Source: Tortispora ganteri (lineage: Eukaryota). Taken from it: 25,261 nt of DNA. Below are positions 1-10,003 of the stretch, piece after piece (positions within the stretch are counted from its first letter, which is position 1; every line of letters starts with the position of its first letter). Under the pieces are notes generated by a model that searched no databases, was not told the DNA's origin, and saw only the letters and a program-made list of their open reading frames with translations. The DNA lies in contig PPNB01000028.1 of assembly GCA_003707115.1 (NCBI GenBank), positions 62,001 through 87,261 of the forward strand. The letters run 5' to 3'. Position numbers and translations under genes: made by a program.

Positions 1-1
1 A

Positions 2-103
2 CTCAAAATGAACATCAATCGCGATGCGCTAGAAAGAGGTCTAGAAGCGAGACCCACACTAGAAGAGTTCAAAAAGTCGACGATTTTTCGCGATCTCAAT
101 TGA
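2..103 (+). CDS. 3' end of a probable RPEL-repeat protein (partial, runs off the window start)
   Basis: Frame 2 is open from the window edge to TGA at 101-103: LKMNINRDALERGLEARPTLEEFKKSTIFRDLN*. LERGLEARPTLEEF..I resembles the RPEL motif (LxxxLxxRPxxEELxxxxI). Convergent with the next gene. Confidence 0.6.
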   Translation, partial: LKMNINRDALERGLEARPTLEEFKKSTIFRDLN

Positions 104-147
104 TTTGGCAGTAAATTGGTACCTATGGCCGCATTATTAGTAATAAT

Positions 148-169
148 ATCCTGTAAAATCCTGTAAAAT
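148..169. repeat. Short tandem duplication (ATCCTGTAAA)x2 in a convergent terminator region
   Basis: atcctgtaaa atcctgtaaa at, read directly. Confidence 0.8.
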
Positions 170-196
170 ATATTGAAACATTGATTATTCAGTTAT

Positions 197-1156
197 TTAA
201 ATTCCATCGTACTCGTTCTCATACCATTCTTCTTCGTTCTCCTCATCGTCTGATATTTCAAGAACGCGTCCTCCAATTGCAACATGCTGCGTATCAATCG
301 ACAATGCTTCCAGCGCGTATTTCAGCATAAGCCGACTCAATTGTAATGATCTGTTTAGATGCTCATCAAATCTTTTCATATCTTCAATAATGACCGTATT
401 ATCAAAATCGATCTCGTTCATATTCTCATTGAGACTGCCAAGGTCCGGCAGATCCACTTCATTAGATGCTAACAGTGATCGCAAATCGTCAATTTCTTTT
501 TGTTGTTTGCGCACTTTTTTGGCCAAAGAATTATTCAATGTGGCCAATGATGAATTAGATAACTCCAAATCAAGTATTTTACGGTTAAGTCGCTCTCTGT
601 TTGCGCCACTAAGCCCTGTGCCACTATTGAGCTTTCGTTCGAGCTTTTCGTGCGGCTCTGAACGATCTAGGCTTTTTTGATCGTTAACTCGCTTCATACC
701 CGGTTGCTGCAAGTGTGGATCCGCCTCCAAATAGTCTGCCCGCAGACTGCTGGTGGTTGGACTCTGCTGATTGTGTTGAATTTGCTGATTATGCTGTGAT
801 GGTGGTTGTGGTTGTCTTGCCACGTTCGGACTCATGACTGGCGCCATTGCCAGTTTTGGCGTGCCTGGTTTGGATGAAAGCGTCCGTTGAATATGCGGCG
901 AGCCTCTTGAATGATTTAGTTTCTTTTCGGACGGCGGAGAAGATGCGCCTGATGCGTCCGCACCATATATGAATAACTTAGATGGCATATGCTTTAATTG
1001 TGGTGATTTGCTACGTGGAACATGACACTCATCGCCCGGCGAATGCATAGGGGACCGTAATGGCTGTTTCAGTTTCGGACTCGTAGGTAATTTTAGTTTT
1101 GGGTAAGCTTGAGGCTGGCTTACACCAAAATGCGGGACATCATCACTCTTATTCAT
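197..1156 (-). CDS. Uncharacterised fungal protein: S/P/Q-rich disordered N-terminus, C-terminal coiled coil, acidic tail
   Basis: 319-aa ATG ORF. ERLNRKILDLELSNSSLATLNNSL..KQQKEI and GGRVL resemble a conserved ascomycete hypothetical family (from memory). Confidence 0.8.
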   Translation of the reverse strand: MNKSDDVPHFGVSQPQAYPKLKLPTSPKLKQPLRSPMHSPGDECHVPRSKSPQLKHMPSKLFIYGADASGASSPPSEKKLNHSRGSPHIQRTLSSKPGTPKLAMAPVMSPNVARQPQPPSQHNQQIQHNQQSPTTSSLRADYLEADPHLQQPGMKRVNDQKSLDRSEPHEKLERKLNSGTGLSGANRERLNRKILDLELSNSSLATLNNSLAKKVRKQQKEIDDLRSLLASNEVDLPDLGSLNENMNEIDFDNTVIIEDMKRFDEHLNRSLQLSRLMLKYALEALSIDTQHVAIGGRVLEISDDEENEEEWYENEYDGI

Positions 1157-1256
1157 CGTCTCGGCGCGACAACAATGTCATTAGACCAGTTATGCGAAGA
1201 AAGGTCGTTACATGCGCGTACATTTTAACTTGACCCAGGCGCCCTCACAACCCTAT

Positions 1257-2823
1257 CTCATCGGCAACTGCTTGCTACATTCTGATCCTGTCTTGTCCTG
1301 ACCGTGTATCAATACTAATATAGTCTCAACGTATTTAGCAAAATATTATTAGTTCCTCGTATAGTTTATATGTTGATATTAGTGTTATGTATACAGTATC
1401 GCACGTACTGGTGCCGCAGGCTTTGACCTTCACCACTAAACATCGAGATCAGTACAACCGGAGTAGTCGGGACAGCGATAGACAGCCCTGAAACCGCAAT
1501 AACACTATCGCATCCCGGATTATCTGTTGCGCCTAATCTCCTTTTTAATTCATTTCAGAAACCGGGCACATCGCTAGTAATTTCGGAGCCCTACACGGAA
1601 CAACCGATCGAAATAAGTATTGGAGGTCCAGGGATTCCCCTTTCGTTGACAGGTGCCGTACTTGCAACCAATCGGAGCCGATAGGCTAAAGCTTACCAAT
1701 ATATAACCAATAACGGCAATTGATTTACTATAACAGCACATAACTCTAATTGCGATATTGCTGTGTTCTTTCACTTCTCTCATGATTCTTAACCGAGCTC
1801 ATTCGCTCTTTCCTTCCTCTTTCTATTCTGACTTCTTATCCAAATCTTTCGATATCTCACTTATTGTCTAATTGTTCCTTAGTATATCGACATGGTGTCA
1901 CAATCATCTGCAATCACCACTAAGCACACCGCTTCTTCGCAACAGTAAGTAAATTTTACAATCATATCTAAGACTCCACCATTCCCGGGGCATCGCCGTA
2001 CTTTGCTCATCGCATCAGATCTCTTGGTGACCCGCTTCCAACTTCGTACGCTGTTTGCATGTTGCTTTCCTCCCTCTGTGGAATTTTGCATTAGTACATC
2101 GCTATTTACTTCTTTTTATTTTTGTATTGTTGTTGTCTGCCTTGCCAACTGGTTTCGCGTCCAAAAAGTCCGCCTCTTTTCGACCGTAAACTACCCAGTT
2201 ACTTCTTTTTTCGATCGGAACTGGCCTTTTGATCCAAGCTACATACACACTCCCCATCTCGCTACCCGAACTTTACGCCACCTGCACATCTGTTCAACCT
2301 GATTTACCAACATTCACTTCCTTGCACTTTTCCGTGTCCTTCCTGCACTAGCCTTTTTTTTTACGAAAAACTCCCTATACTCTCTCGCGGATCGTCGTCA
2401 CCTCTCGGCCAACAGGTCTCATCGACTTCCCAATGCGGCAACCTTTCTTTGATTAACCTTATTTTGGTCCCACATAACCGGTTCCCGGGAATCTAAGCCC
2501 ATCATCGATCCCCATGATTTGCTATCGATGCGGTTACTCTGCACAACAGAATTTCGGAAAACTGTCTGGTGTGCATCGAATAGTTCCATTGGCAGAAAAG
2601 AGTGTGCGGATCGCTGTCATAAGATCATCCTGTCTTATCTTGCAGTATTGGTTCCGGCAAGAAGTATCACTAGCGCTCTCCTTTCCACTTATCCGAACAT
2701 CCGGGGTACACTTGTGTTGCTGGTTTAGAGTTTATATGCCGCACAATAATGGTTGCCAGCCTGTTTAGCGTTAGGCCTTGCTTTCCTCCTTCATGTTACG
2801 ATGCCCATATCACGTGCTCATCG
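1257..2823 (+). promoter_or_regulatory. Four PAC-core motifs (CTCATCG) in the long region upstream of the DOT6-like gene
   Basis: CTCATCG at 1257, 2006 (GCTCATCGC, full PAC), 2418 and 2817. A TCACGTG E-box at 2810-2816 abuts the last one. Confidence 0.55.
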
Positions 2824-3259
2824 GCTTAACTGATTCTCACGTTGCGCGCGCAGTGTTTGCACCTGCACCTCGGATTGCAATGTGTTACCGATAGATTTGC
2901 TAAATTCTATTGTGAAATTCTAAACCGCTCTTGCCGAGATTAGCGATAGCTATTATTGCTTTGCCTTAGTTCTGACAAAAAAACCCTTCGCAGGAACTAA
3001 ATGCCATTGAAACTCTATCAGCCGCATTATTCCACGCACATATGTCCAAAAATGGAAATATTGTGCTCGAATCTGTGTATACCTTTTCGGACGTTAATGA
3101 GTAAATTACTCGGCACCACTCGCACCATCTTGCTAGTATATATTGAAGAAGGACTCAAGACGAACCTTTCAACGCAACGTGACATACACTCGGCGATAGT
3201 GGTATAGACGCACAATTTGTTTCCTCTGAGAGGGCAACCGGCAACCTGCGTACAAAGCA

Positions 3260-4180
3260 ATGGAGATCTCGACATCTATTTCATTCCCGCTGATTTCTAA
3301 CCATTCCTTTAGATATGTTGATTCTTCTCATTTCAAACGACAAAAAACCCGCACCCCTAGAAACCCGACTAGTTGGGACCCTCACGATGACATCCTTTTG
3401 CGCCATTTGAAGGAGCAGCTGAAGCTGGGCTGGAAAGAAATCGCAAGCCATTTTGTAAATAGAACGCCAAATGCATGCCAATTTCGTTGGCGCAGACTCA
3501 TGTCTGGTTCTCTCCGACTTTCCTGTCCGCCAGTCTCTTCGCCTCCTGAAGCCATTCTTCAGGAACTTGGACATTCGGTCAGGGACCTGACTACCAACTC
3601 GTATGGTACAGGTGATCTCGCGGCAGTCACTTCTAACAGACCCAGCACTTCTCGCATCAAGCAGCTTCCACCAAGTCTTTTGGAGACGCAGTTATTGCAG
3701 CAGAGTTCAGAACTCCAGCCCAAAGACAGCAGCGCTGTCTCGAAAGAATCGCCCAGATCCTGGTCAATTGAAGAGGACGAAGTGATTCGCAGGGCTGATT
3801 TAAGAATAGACGAGATATCTGTTTTGCTGCCCAACCGCACAGAGAAGGAGATCCGCGCCCGTATAGAGATCAACGGGTCACTTGCTTTCAACAACCGAGC
3901 TGGCACCAGTACTGCACCCGGTATGGTCGAAAGAAGTACGTCACCGGCCAATTCTGTAGGATCGGCGCCTTCAATTACTAGCGGTGGCACGCGCCCAAGT
4001 ATCGGGAGCAGCGAGTCGTCCAAGTCCACTTCACCTAGACTTCCATGCGAACAACGCGTTTTGCCGCCACCTATATGCCAGCTCCCTTCACCTCCTGGAC
4101 GGGCGTATCCGCAATTGCCTCCAATGAAGGTAATGCTGGACAAAGACGAGCTGCATTCGCTCCCCCCTTCATTCACGTAA
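3260..4180 (+). CDS. DOT6: Myb/SANT transcription factor, Dot6/Tod6 (PAC-binding) family
   Basis: SWDPHDDILLRHLKEQLKLGWKEIASHFVNRTPNACQFRWRRL is the Dot6/Tod6 Myb signature. A second degenerate Myb repeat is present: SWSIEEDEVI..LLPNRTEKEIRARI. Confidence 0.88.
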   Translation: MEISTSISFPLISNHSFRYVDSSHFKRQKTRTPRNPTSWDPHDDILLRHLKEQLKLGWKEIASHFVNRTPNACQFRWRRLMSGSLRLSCPPVSSPPEAILQELGHSVRDLTTNSYGTGDLAAVTSNRPSTSRIKQLPPSLLETQLLQQSSELQPKDSSAVSKESPRSWSIEEDEVIRRADLRIDEISVLLPNRTEKEIRARIEINGSLAFNNRAGTSTAPGMVERSTSPANSVGSAPSITSGGTRPSIGSSESSKSTSPRLPCEQRVLPPPICQLPSPPGRAYPQLPPMKVMLDKDELHSLPPSFT

Positions 4181-4764
4181 GAAACCATGACAATCAGCAA
4201 TGCATACACATGTATCACAGCCTAGAATTTGCGTGATCTGCGGGCCATACTGACCGATATTCGAACATATTTTTTTGACACTTTTTTCTTTTGATTTCAT
4301 TTTATGGATTATCTCCTGGGGTAAACGCATCGCACTGTAAGCAGTATTGTAAGATTAAAGTTCACCATGCTCAATTTTAAGTTGTGCTGCGTTTTGCTAA
4401 CGCCAGTGCAAGCAAGAGTATGTCTAATGCTAACCGAAAGTTTACCAAAAAATGAAACCTAAGAAACATTTACCTTGAATTGTCAATGATTTACTGTGCA
4501 AAACGCCAAAGTATCAGCGTTTCGTTCTCTACGTGATCGTACGATCGCTCAAGTAATACTCAGTTGCTATGGCAATTTACAGACAATAACGTTGAAGCCA
4601 AGTTACGGCTTTAACGTTTTCTCCCTGTTGGACCCTTGACCAGCTTTGATAGCTTGGCAGGTCTACATGTCTTGGACATTCAAGTGTATATAGAGTTTTC
4701 ATGTGTTATCTATCTACTAATACAGACGCAATACTACATCCTGAACTAATCACAGAATACCCTG

Positions 4765-4771
4765 TTACCCG
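4765..4771 (+). promoter_or_regulatory. Reb1-type site (TTACCCG)
   Basis: Exact TTACCCG, about 460 bp upstream of the cNMP/F-box gene ATG. Confidence 0.35.
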
Positions 4772-5230
4772 TATATAGTATTGTAGCCGCCAGCAACTTT
4801 ACAGAACTTTAAATTACATTTTGTCCAATAACAACCTCTTTTGCAGTCTTGATACTCTATTGGACAGAACACCCTCGCCCTTCCCTTAACCTAACCACCC
4901 CCCACCTTGCCTTTACAGCTAATCTGCTTTATTGATCGTCTTATAAGAGCCGCTTGAGAGCGCTAGCCGCTTTCTCCAACCATCTACCTTCAAGTGAATC
5001 TATTTTTTAAAATCTTTGTATTGATAAAAATCGGTCTGTCCAACAACCACAATCGCCTCCTTTCTCTGCGCTCCAGCGCCGCTCTGGTCATTACCAGGTT
5101 TATTTGATTCAGCAGTCGACCCATTCTCTGAACATCTACTACCTTCCAACACCTACTCGTGAATGGTCCTTGCCTTGATTCTGCTCATTGTAATTTTACT
5201 TCTGGTTTCGTCTCTCTCCATAAGAAAAAT

Positions 5231-8206
5231 ATGCGTTCTGATTCCGGACGAAGAGGGCCTAGAAAGTCGCATACTAGGGGCTATTCTAACACCACTTCCA
5301 CGTATGATCGACACTCTATAGGCATTAATTCAAACGCCTACTACCGCCCTACAGACCCAGGCTCAGGTTCTGTCAAATCGCGCAGAAGCTCTTCAGATCC
5401 TAAACTATACGCCCCGATAAGACCTTCACCACTATCTACTGCTTCCAATGGCATGCCCCTGGAGATATTCGAAAGAATATCAGAATTTCCCCTCTTCAAA
5501 TCCGCCCCTGAGTCTTTTCTACTCGAAGTCGCAGGAAAACTCAGACCCCATCAGGCTGGTCCTGGCGACTCAATCATTATAGAAGGCACTGAGGCAAAAG
5601 CTATGTATTGGATAGTCCGAGGCTCAGTATCCGTCTCTTCTCGTGACGGTGAAAGTATATATTCCACTTTACAACCTGGCTCTTTCTTCGGTGAAATTGG
5701 AATTTTGTTTAACTGCCCAAGAACCGCCACCGTTTCTGCACAGTCTCGCTGCCTACTGGTTGTCCTTACTGCAGAAGCCCTTCATTCAATCCTGCCATCC
5801 TATCCGGACGTCGAGAAATCGCTTCGAAATGAAGCTGAAGTTCGACTTGTACTCACTCAAAAATTTAAAGACAGGAAAAAAGGCCGCTTGAGCTCTGACA
5901 TAAATTCTTCCTCTGCGACAGATTCCAATGATGGTCCTCATCAAGCCACCTTAGCTAAAGTATCTTCGTTCACAGACTCAGAAATACCAGGCAAGCCTAT
6001 ATTTTTGCATGTTTCTCAGGTGACGAGCAGACTAAAAGAATCGCCTTTGTTTAGTCACCTTCCTGACGACGCTTTACACTCGCTGGCTTTGGCAGTAGAG
6101 CCTCGAAGATTTGGTCCCTTTGAAGTGATCCTTCAAGAAGGAACAAGAGGCCAAGCAATATATTTCATCACTGATGGCGAGGTTGAAGTAATTCGTCAAG
6201 GGCTTCTTAAGGCTCTCTCGAGACTTGGTCCAAACACTTATGTTGGTGAAATCGGTTTCTTAGACATGTCCCGCACACGTACCGCAACTGTGCGCACGAT
6301 TTCTGACGTACAGTGCCTATGTCTTTCTAGAAATGCTCTCAATAAAGTCCTTGATAAATACCCTGCCTTGCAAGCGCAAATTCAAGAAACTGCACACTCT
6401 CGCTTACAGGCTTTAATATCTGAAAATAATTCTCAAGCTCTTGAGGGTATACCACCTCAGGAAATGCTTTTGGCTCGAGAATCAGCGTCTTCTCCATCTG
6501 ATTATTCCTTAGGAGTATTACCAGAGCATGAAGAACTTTCGCCAACCGCTATTCCAGCTGACCCCGGCAACATGCCTGAAAATCAAATTCCAGAGGCTGA
6601 CTTAGGGCCTACAGACACATGCACGGTCACTATAAAACGGCCATTTACTGTTGTAGAGCCTGCATCAATACCGCTTGATCCGGATCCATATATCAATGTT
6701 TCTGGTTCAAATGATGCGCAAGATGTGACAAAGACCCGGACACCAGGTCGTCGATCCAGCTTAGCCCCGAAAACAGATGACAATGAGCAAGACTCATCGA
6801 CTAAAGATAGGCCTGAAGAGCGCGATATCATGATGGCTGACAATTCAGATGTTTCAACTATAGATACTCAATCTTCCGAAAGTGTACCTCTTCTCTACAA
6901 CTCTGCGTTTAGTATGAGCGGTGATATTAAACAGGAGGAACAGTCTTTTTTCTATGAGAGATCTGGGTCAGTGTTTTCCGTGGTTGATAATGTTACTTTT
7001 TCAAAACGGCCTAGGCTTATTAATTCGTTCTCATCAATGACCAAAGACATCGATATGCATTCTAACCAGCCTTTGATTAATTCAAATTTATTAGTACTGG
7101 CAAAGATTTTCTCGCACTTGCCCCTATTGGATAAGATCAGGAAGCAAAGAGTATGCAGGACGTGGAAAAAAGTCCTTCTGACAGCTCCAGAAGTTGTGGA
7201 AGTTCTTGACTTGTCTCCTTATAACACAGTCGTTTACGACACGATAATACCACACGTTGTTACATTTATGAATGGACGAAAACCTCGTTACATTGATATA
7301 TCTAACTGCTTCCATCTTTCTGATGCAGGATTTAGAATGCTAGCATCTAATTGCATTGGACCAGCAACAATAGTGCTGAAAATGAAATCAGTATGGGATA
7401 TTAGTGGAAGTGCAATCACAGAAATTGCAGCCAAAGCCCGAGGACTAGCTATCGAAGAACTTGATTTCTCAAACTGCCGCAAGATTGGCGACAGCAGTCT
7501 TGCAAGAATAATTGGATGGAATTATCCTGGGCTTCTTGCTGGACTGGAAGGCAAGAAGGGTCAAGACCGGATAGAACTATTAGAACAGCTTGCTGCCGAA
7601 TCAGAGGAAGCTGGCATTGGGTTTCTTGGCTGCACTAGCCTGCGACGTCTCACGTTATCATACTGCAAACATATATCAGACAGATCTATGCATCATATAT
7701 CACTTCATGCTTCTCATCGTCTGGAGCATTTGGATCTTACGAGATGCACCACTATTACGGACCATGGATTTGGATACTGGGCTATGAAACCGTTTCCGAA
7801 CCTGCGAAGCATATGTTTGTCCGATTGTACGTTCCTGACGGACAATGCGATAGTTTCTCTGGCAGGCGCTGCTAAGAATCTTGAGCATCTGAACTTGAAT
7901 TTCTGTTGTGCGCTCTCGGATGTAGCAGTTGAAGTATTAGCGCTCGGATGCAGTAACCTGAAGTCACTGAATCTGTCATTTTGTGGATCGGCGGTCTCCG
8001 ATAGCAGTTTGAAAACGGTTGCCTTACACTTGCTTAACTTAGAGTACCTGAGCGTACGAGGCTGTGTACGCGTTACCGGTATTGGTGTTGACACAATCCT
8101 AGGAGGCTGTATTATGTTAAAAAAGTTCAATGTGTCTCAATGTCGGAACTTGTCGACATACAACAAGGACCTGGCGAAGAGACAAGGAGTTGAAATGATT
8201 TTTTGA
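5231..8206 (+). CDS. Protein with two cyclic-nucleotide-binding domains, an F-box and leucine-rich repeats (probable ATG start 5231, 991 aa)
   Basis: CNB1 has FGEIGILFNCPRTATV and CNB2 has VGEIGFLDMSRTRTATV. F-box: LAKIFSHLPLLDKIRKQRVCRTWKKVL. Cys-containing LRRs such as LxLSYCKHISD, LDLTRCTTITD, LNLNFCCALSD. The track's GTG start at 5159 is less likely. Confidence 0.9.
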   Translation: MRSDSGRRGPRKSHTRGYSNTTSTYDRHSIGINSNAYYRPTDPGSGSVKSRRSSSDPKLYAPIRPSPLSTASNGMPLEIFERISEFPLFKSAPESFLLEVAGKLRPHQAGPGDSIIIEGTEAKAMYWIVRGSVSVSSRDGESIYSTLQPGSFFGEIGILFNCPRTATVSAQSRCLLVVLTAEALHSILPSYPDVEKSLRNEAEVRLVLTQKFKDRKKGRLSSDINSSSATDSNDGPHQATLAKVSSFTDSEIPGKPIFLHVSQVTSRLKESPLFSHLPDDALHSLALAVEPRRFGPFEVILQEGTRGQAIYFITDGEVEVIRQGLLKALSRLGPNTYVGEIGFLDMSRTRTATVRTISDVQCLCLSRNALNKVLDKYPALQAQIQETAHSRLQALISENNSQALEGIPPQEMLLARESASSPSDYSLGVLPEHEELSPTAIPADPGNMPENQIPEADLGPTDTCTVTIKRPFTVVEPASIPLDPDPYINVSGSNDAQDVTKTRTPGRRSSLAPKTDDNEQDSSTKDRPEERDIMMADNSDVSTIDTQSSESVPLLYNSAFSMSGDIKQEEQSFFYERSGSVFSVVDNVTFSKRPRLINSFSSMTKDIDMHSNQPLINSNLLVLAKIFSHLPLLDKIRKQRVCRTWKKVLLTAPEVVEVLDLSPYNTVVYDTIIPHVVTFMNGRKPRYIDISNCFHLSDAGFRMLASNCIGPATIVLKMKSVWDISGSAITEIAAKARGLAIEELDFSNCRKIGDSSLARIIGWNYPGLLAGLEGKKGQDRIELLEQLAAESEEAGIGFLGCTSLRRLTLSYCKHISDRSMHHISLHASHRLEHLDLTRCTTITDHGFGYWAMKPFPNLRSICLSDCTFLTDNAIVSLAGAAKNLEHLNLNFCCALSDVAVEVLALGCSNLKSLNLSFCGSAVSDSSLKTVALHLLNLEYLSVRGCVRVTGIGVDTILGGCIMLKKFNVSQCRNLSTYNKDLAKRQGVEMIF

Positions 8207-8318
8207 TAACTTTTTATTGGCGGAATTTTTTCTTTTATTATTTTCCACTTGGGACTTGTTCCGTGAAGCAACAGTTAAATGACTTATGTATTCTACAAAT
8301 TGCTTCATACCAAAGTAG

Positions 8319-8813
8319 TCAGATTCCCTTAAGGGCGATAACACCAATAGCTGCCTGCGAGATGTCGGAAATATTCTGCATACTTGCCGGTAATTTATAT
8401 AGTTTCCGTAGTTTTTCAATGTCTGAGGAGTAGTATGACGTGAGAGTGAAATCTTGTTCTGGTAGCGCATCGAGAAGAGACGGGGTGTCGAGGTCAGCTG
8501 TGCGGATAGCTGCCATAACAGTTGAAGTTTCGGATATTCCAAATGTTTTTAAAGACGATGAAATATTTGAGTTAGGTGATAAACAAAAGAGGATCTCTGA
8601 AGAAATTGATTTTGTTACTTTAGCGTTGTTCTTGTCGGCTATGAGTGCTTTCGTTATAGCTGCAAGTAGTACGTCTAGAGAAGGTAAATTGTTCAAATCA
8701 ACAAGTGCCCATGATTCTCCATTTTCGTACAAGTCATTCCTGATATTTGTAGGAAAATTCGTTAATATTCGTATATCTATCGATGTCTTTAGCGCGGATA
8801 TTGTATAGATCAT
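8319..8813 (-). CDS. CGI121: EKC/KEOPS complex subunit Cgi121
   Basis: TKSISSEILFCLSPNSNISSSLKTFGIS and IEKLRKLYKL..AIGVIALKG match the Cgi121/TPRKB pattern. Confidence 0.9.
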   Translation of the reverse strand: MIYTISALKTSIDIRILTNFPTNIRNDLYENGESWALVDLNNLPSLDVLLAAITKALIADKNNAKVTKSISSEILFCLSPNSNISSSLKTFGISETSTVMAAIRTADLDTPSLLDALPEQDFTLTSYYSSDIEKLRKLYKLPASMQNISDISQAAIGVIALKGI

Positions 8814-8963
8814 TATATTGCTGGTTGGTTAAGTCGAAAAGTCTAAACGTGCCAATGGAGGAAGGCTGCCAAAATCAGTACAACCGATGTAGTCTACACA
8901 CCATCATACAAAAAAATTCATCATTAAACATTACTTTTTTTCTGCTTCCTTAGTTTCTCACGA

Positions 8964-9776
8964 CTACTTGCGTCTCCGAGCCTGAGACTGCGTCGCGGAG
9001 CATGAGGGGCAGTACCAGATACCTTGTGGCGGCGCTTTCAGGCCAACACAGCCGTAATGAAACCATTCAAAATAGCAATCCGGGTTATCACATGCAATCA
9101 TGTCGCCATAAGATACTTGCTGACATACACAGTAAACTTGCGCATCTTTCTCTTCGTCTTCATCGTCTCCAGCTTTAACTCTAGAGGTGTCTCCACCAGC
9201 AGTCGTAGATGAGGCGCCGTACGGTGTCCGTCTCTCGATCATCCCTGGCAATTTATCAATCTCAGAAGTCCGCTTTGTTCTGGGTCCTAATTTCTTTGTC
9301 GGCTTTGGCGTCTCTGACACCGCGGGGGACGCTAATCGCCGTGACGCCGGCGCAGGTGAATCCTCAGTATCAAGTTCTGACAACAGTTCATCAGGTGTAG
9401 CAAACGATATAGGCTCTCCAGAGAGCACTCCATCGTTCTGCAGTTTCCGTATCTCGTCATCAATTCTTTTCACGTGCTTGCTAATTAAAACTTTGGCCTT
9501 TTGCGCCAGTTCAATTTTGCTATCTTGCATCTCAATAGCCGCCTTTAGGTCCGCTTCAATTTTTGGGTAAGACGACGACTCCTTCGGATTATCTGCCAGT
9601 GATCCGTGTGCGCGAATAAACTTATGTATCTGTGCGTCTCGTTGTTCCGCTCTTTTGTACGCCGTGTACTGCGCAACGTCTTTGCTCGCAAGTTCTTCCA
9701 TTATATGTGCAATCTCCGCAGGTAAGTTCGCCGCCGTTTCAGTCACAAACGTTTCCAGCACGTATGCTGCATCCAT
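8964..9776 (-). CDS. YNG2: ING-family PHD-finger chromatin protein (NuA4 subunit Yng2-like)
   Basis: N-terminal ING domain ([14 protein letters not shown]) and PHD finger [40 protein letters not shown]. Confidence 0.85.
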   Translation of the reverse strand: MDAAYVLETFVTETAANLPAEIAHIMEELASKDVAQYTAYKRAEQRDAQIHKFIRAHGSLADNPKESSSYPKIEADLKAAIEMQDSKIELAQKAKVLISKHVKRIDDEIRKLQNDGVLSGEPISFATPDELLSELDTEDSPAPASRRLASPAVSETPKPTKKLGPRTKRTSEIDKLPGMIERRTPYGASSTTAGGDTSRVKAGDDEDEEKDAQVYCVCQQVSYGDMIACDNPDCYFEWFHYGCVGLKAPPQGIWYCPSCSATQSQARRRK

Positions 9777-9881
9777 TTCCCGTGCCCTGCAATTATATAC
9801 TGGCTTTTCGATAGTTTTGCCACTGGTTCTGTAGCTAAATAGTGCAGATGTTGGTGGTGTTGCAATTCTTCTGACTTAAAG

Positions 9882-9889
9882 TTACCCGG
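9882..9889 (+). promoter_or_regulatory. Reb1-type site (TTACCCGG) in the YNG2/MRT4 divergent promoter
   Basis: Exact TTACCCGG. Confidence 0.5.
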
Positions 9890-9991
9890 ACGGCAACATA
9901 TGCTATCGTGAACCAGTACGAGACGGCGTTCATGCACTCCTGAGTCGCTAACAAGAAAAATATGCCACGTAGTGAAGCATTACTAAATTGC

Positions 9992-10003
9992 AAAATTTTT
10001 TCA
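9992..10003 (-). promoter_or_regulatory. RRPE element upstream of MRT4
   Basis: AAAATTTTTTCA (TGAAAAAATTTT on the minus strand), about 160 bp upstream of a ribosome-biogenesis gene. Confidence 0.7.

Noticed and set aside
1574..2768. Several 69-99 aa ORFs upstream of DOT6
   Set aside because: No family motifs, compositions typical of chance ORFs, and several overlap one another or use non-ATG starts
3559..4218. 219-aa minus-strand ORF antisense to DOT6, and similar shadow ORFs over other genes
   Set aside because: They lie opposite well-supported genes and have no recognisable motifs
4177..4440. Splice-like signals after DOT6 (GTAAGA over the stop codon, GCTAAC..CAG, GTATGT)
   Set aside because: The donors are non-consensus or too close to the branch motif, I identified no convincing downstream exon, and the ORF ends naturally
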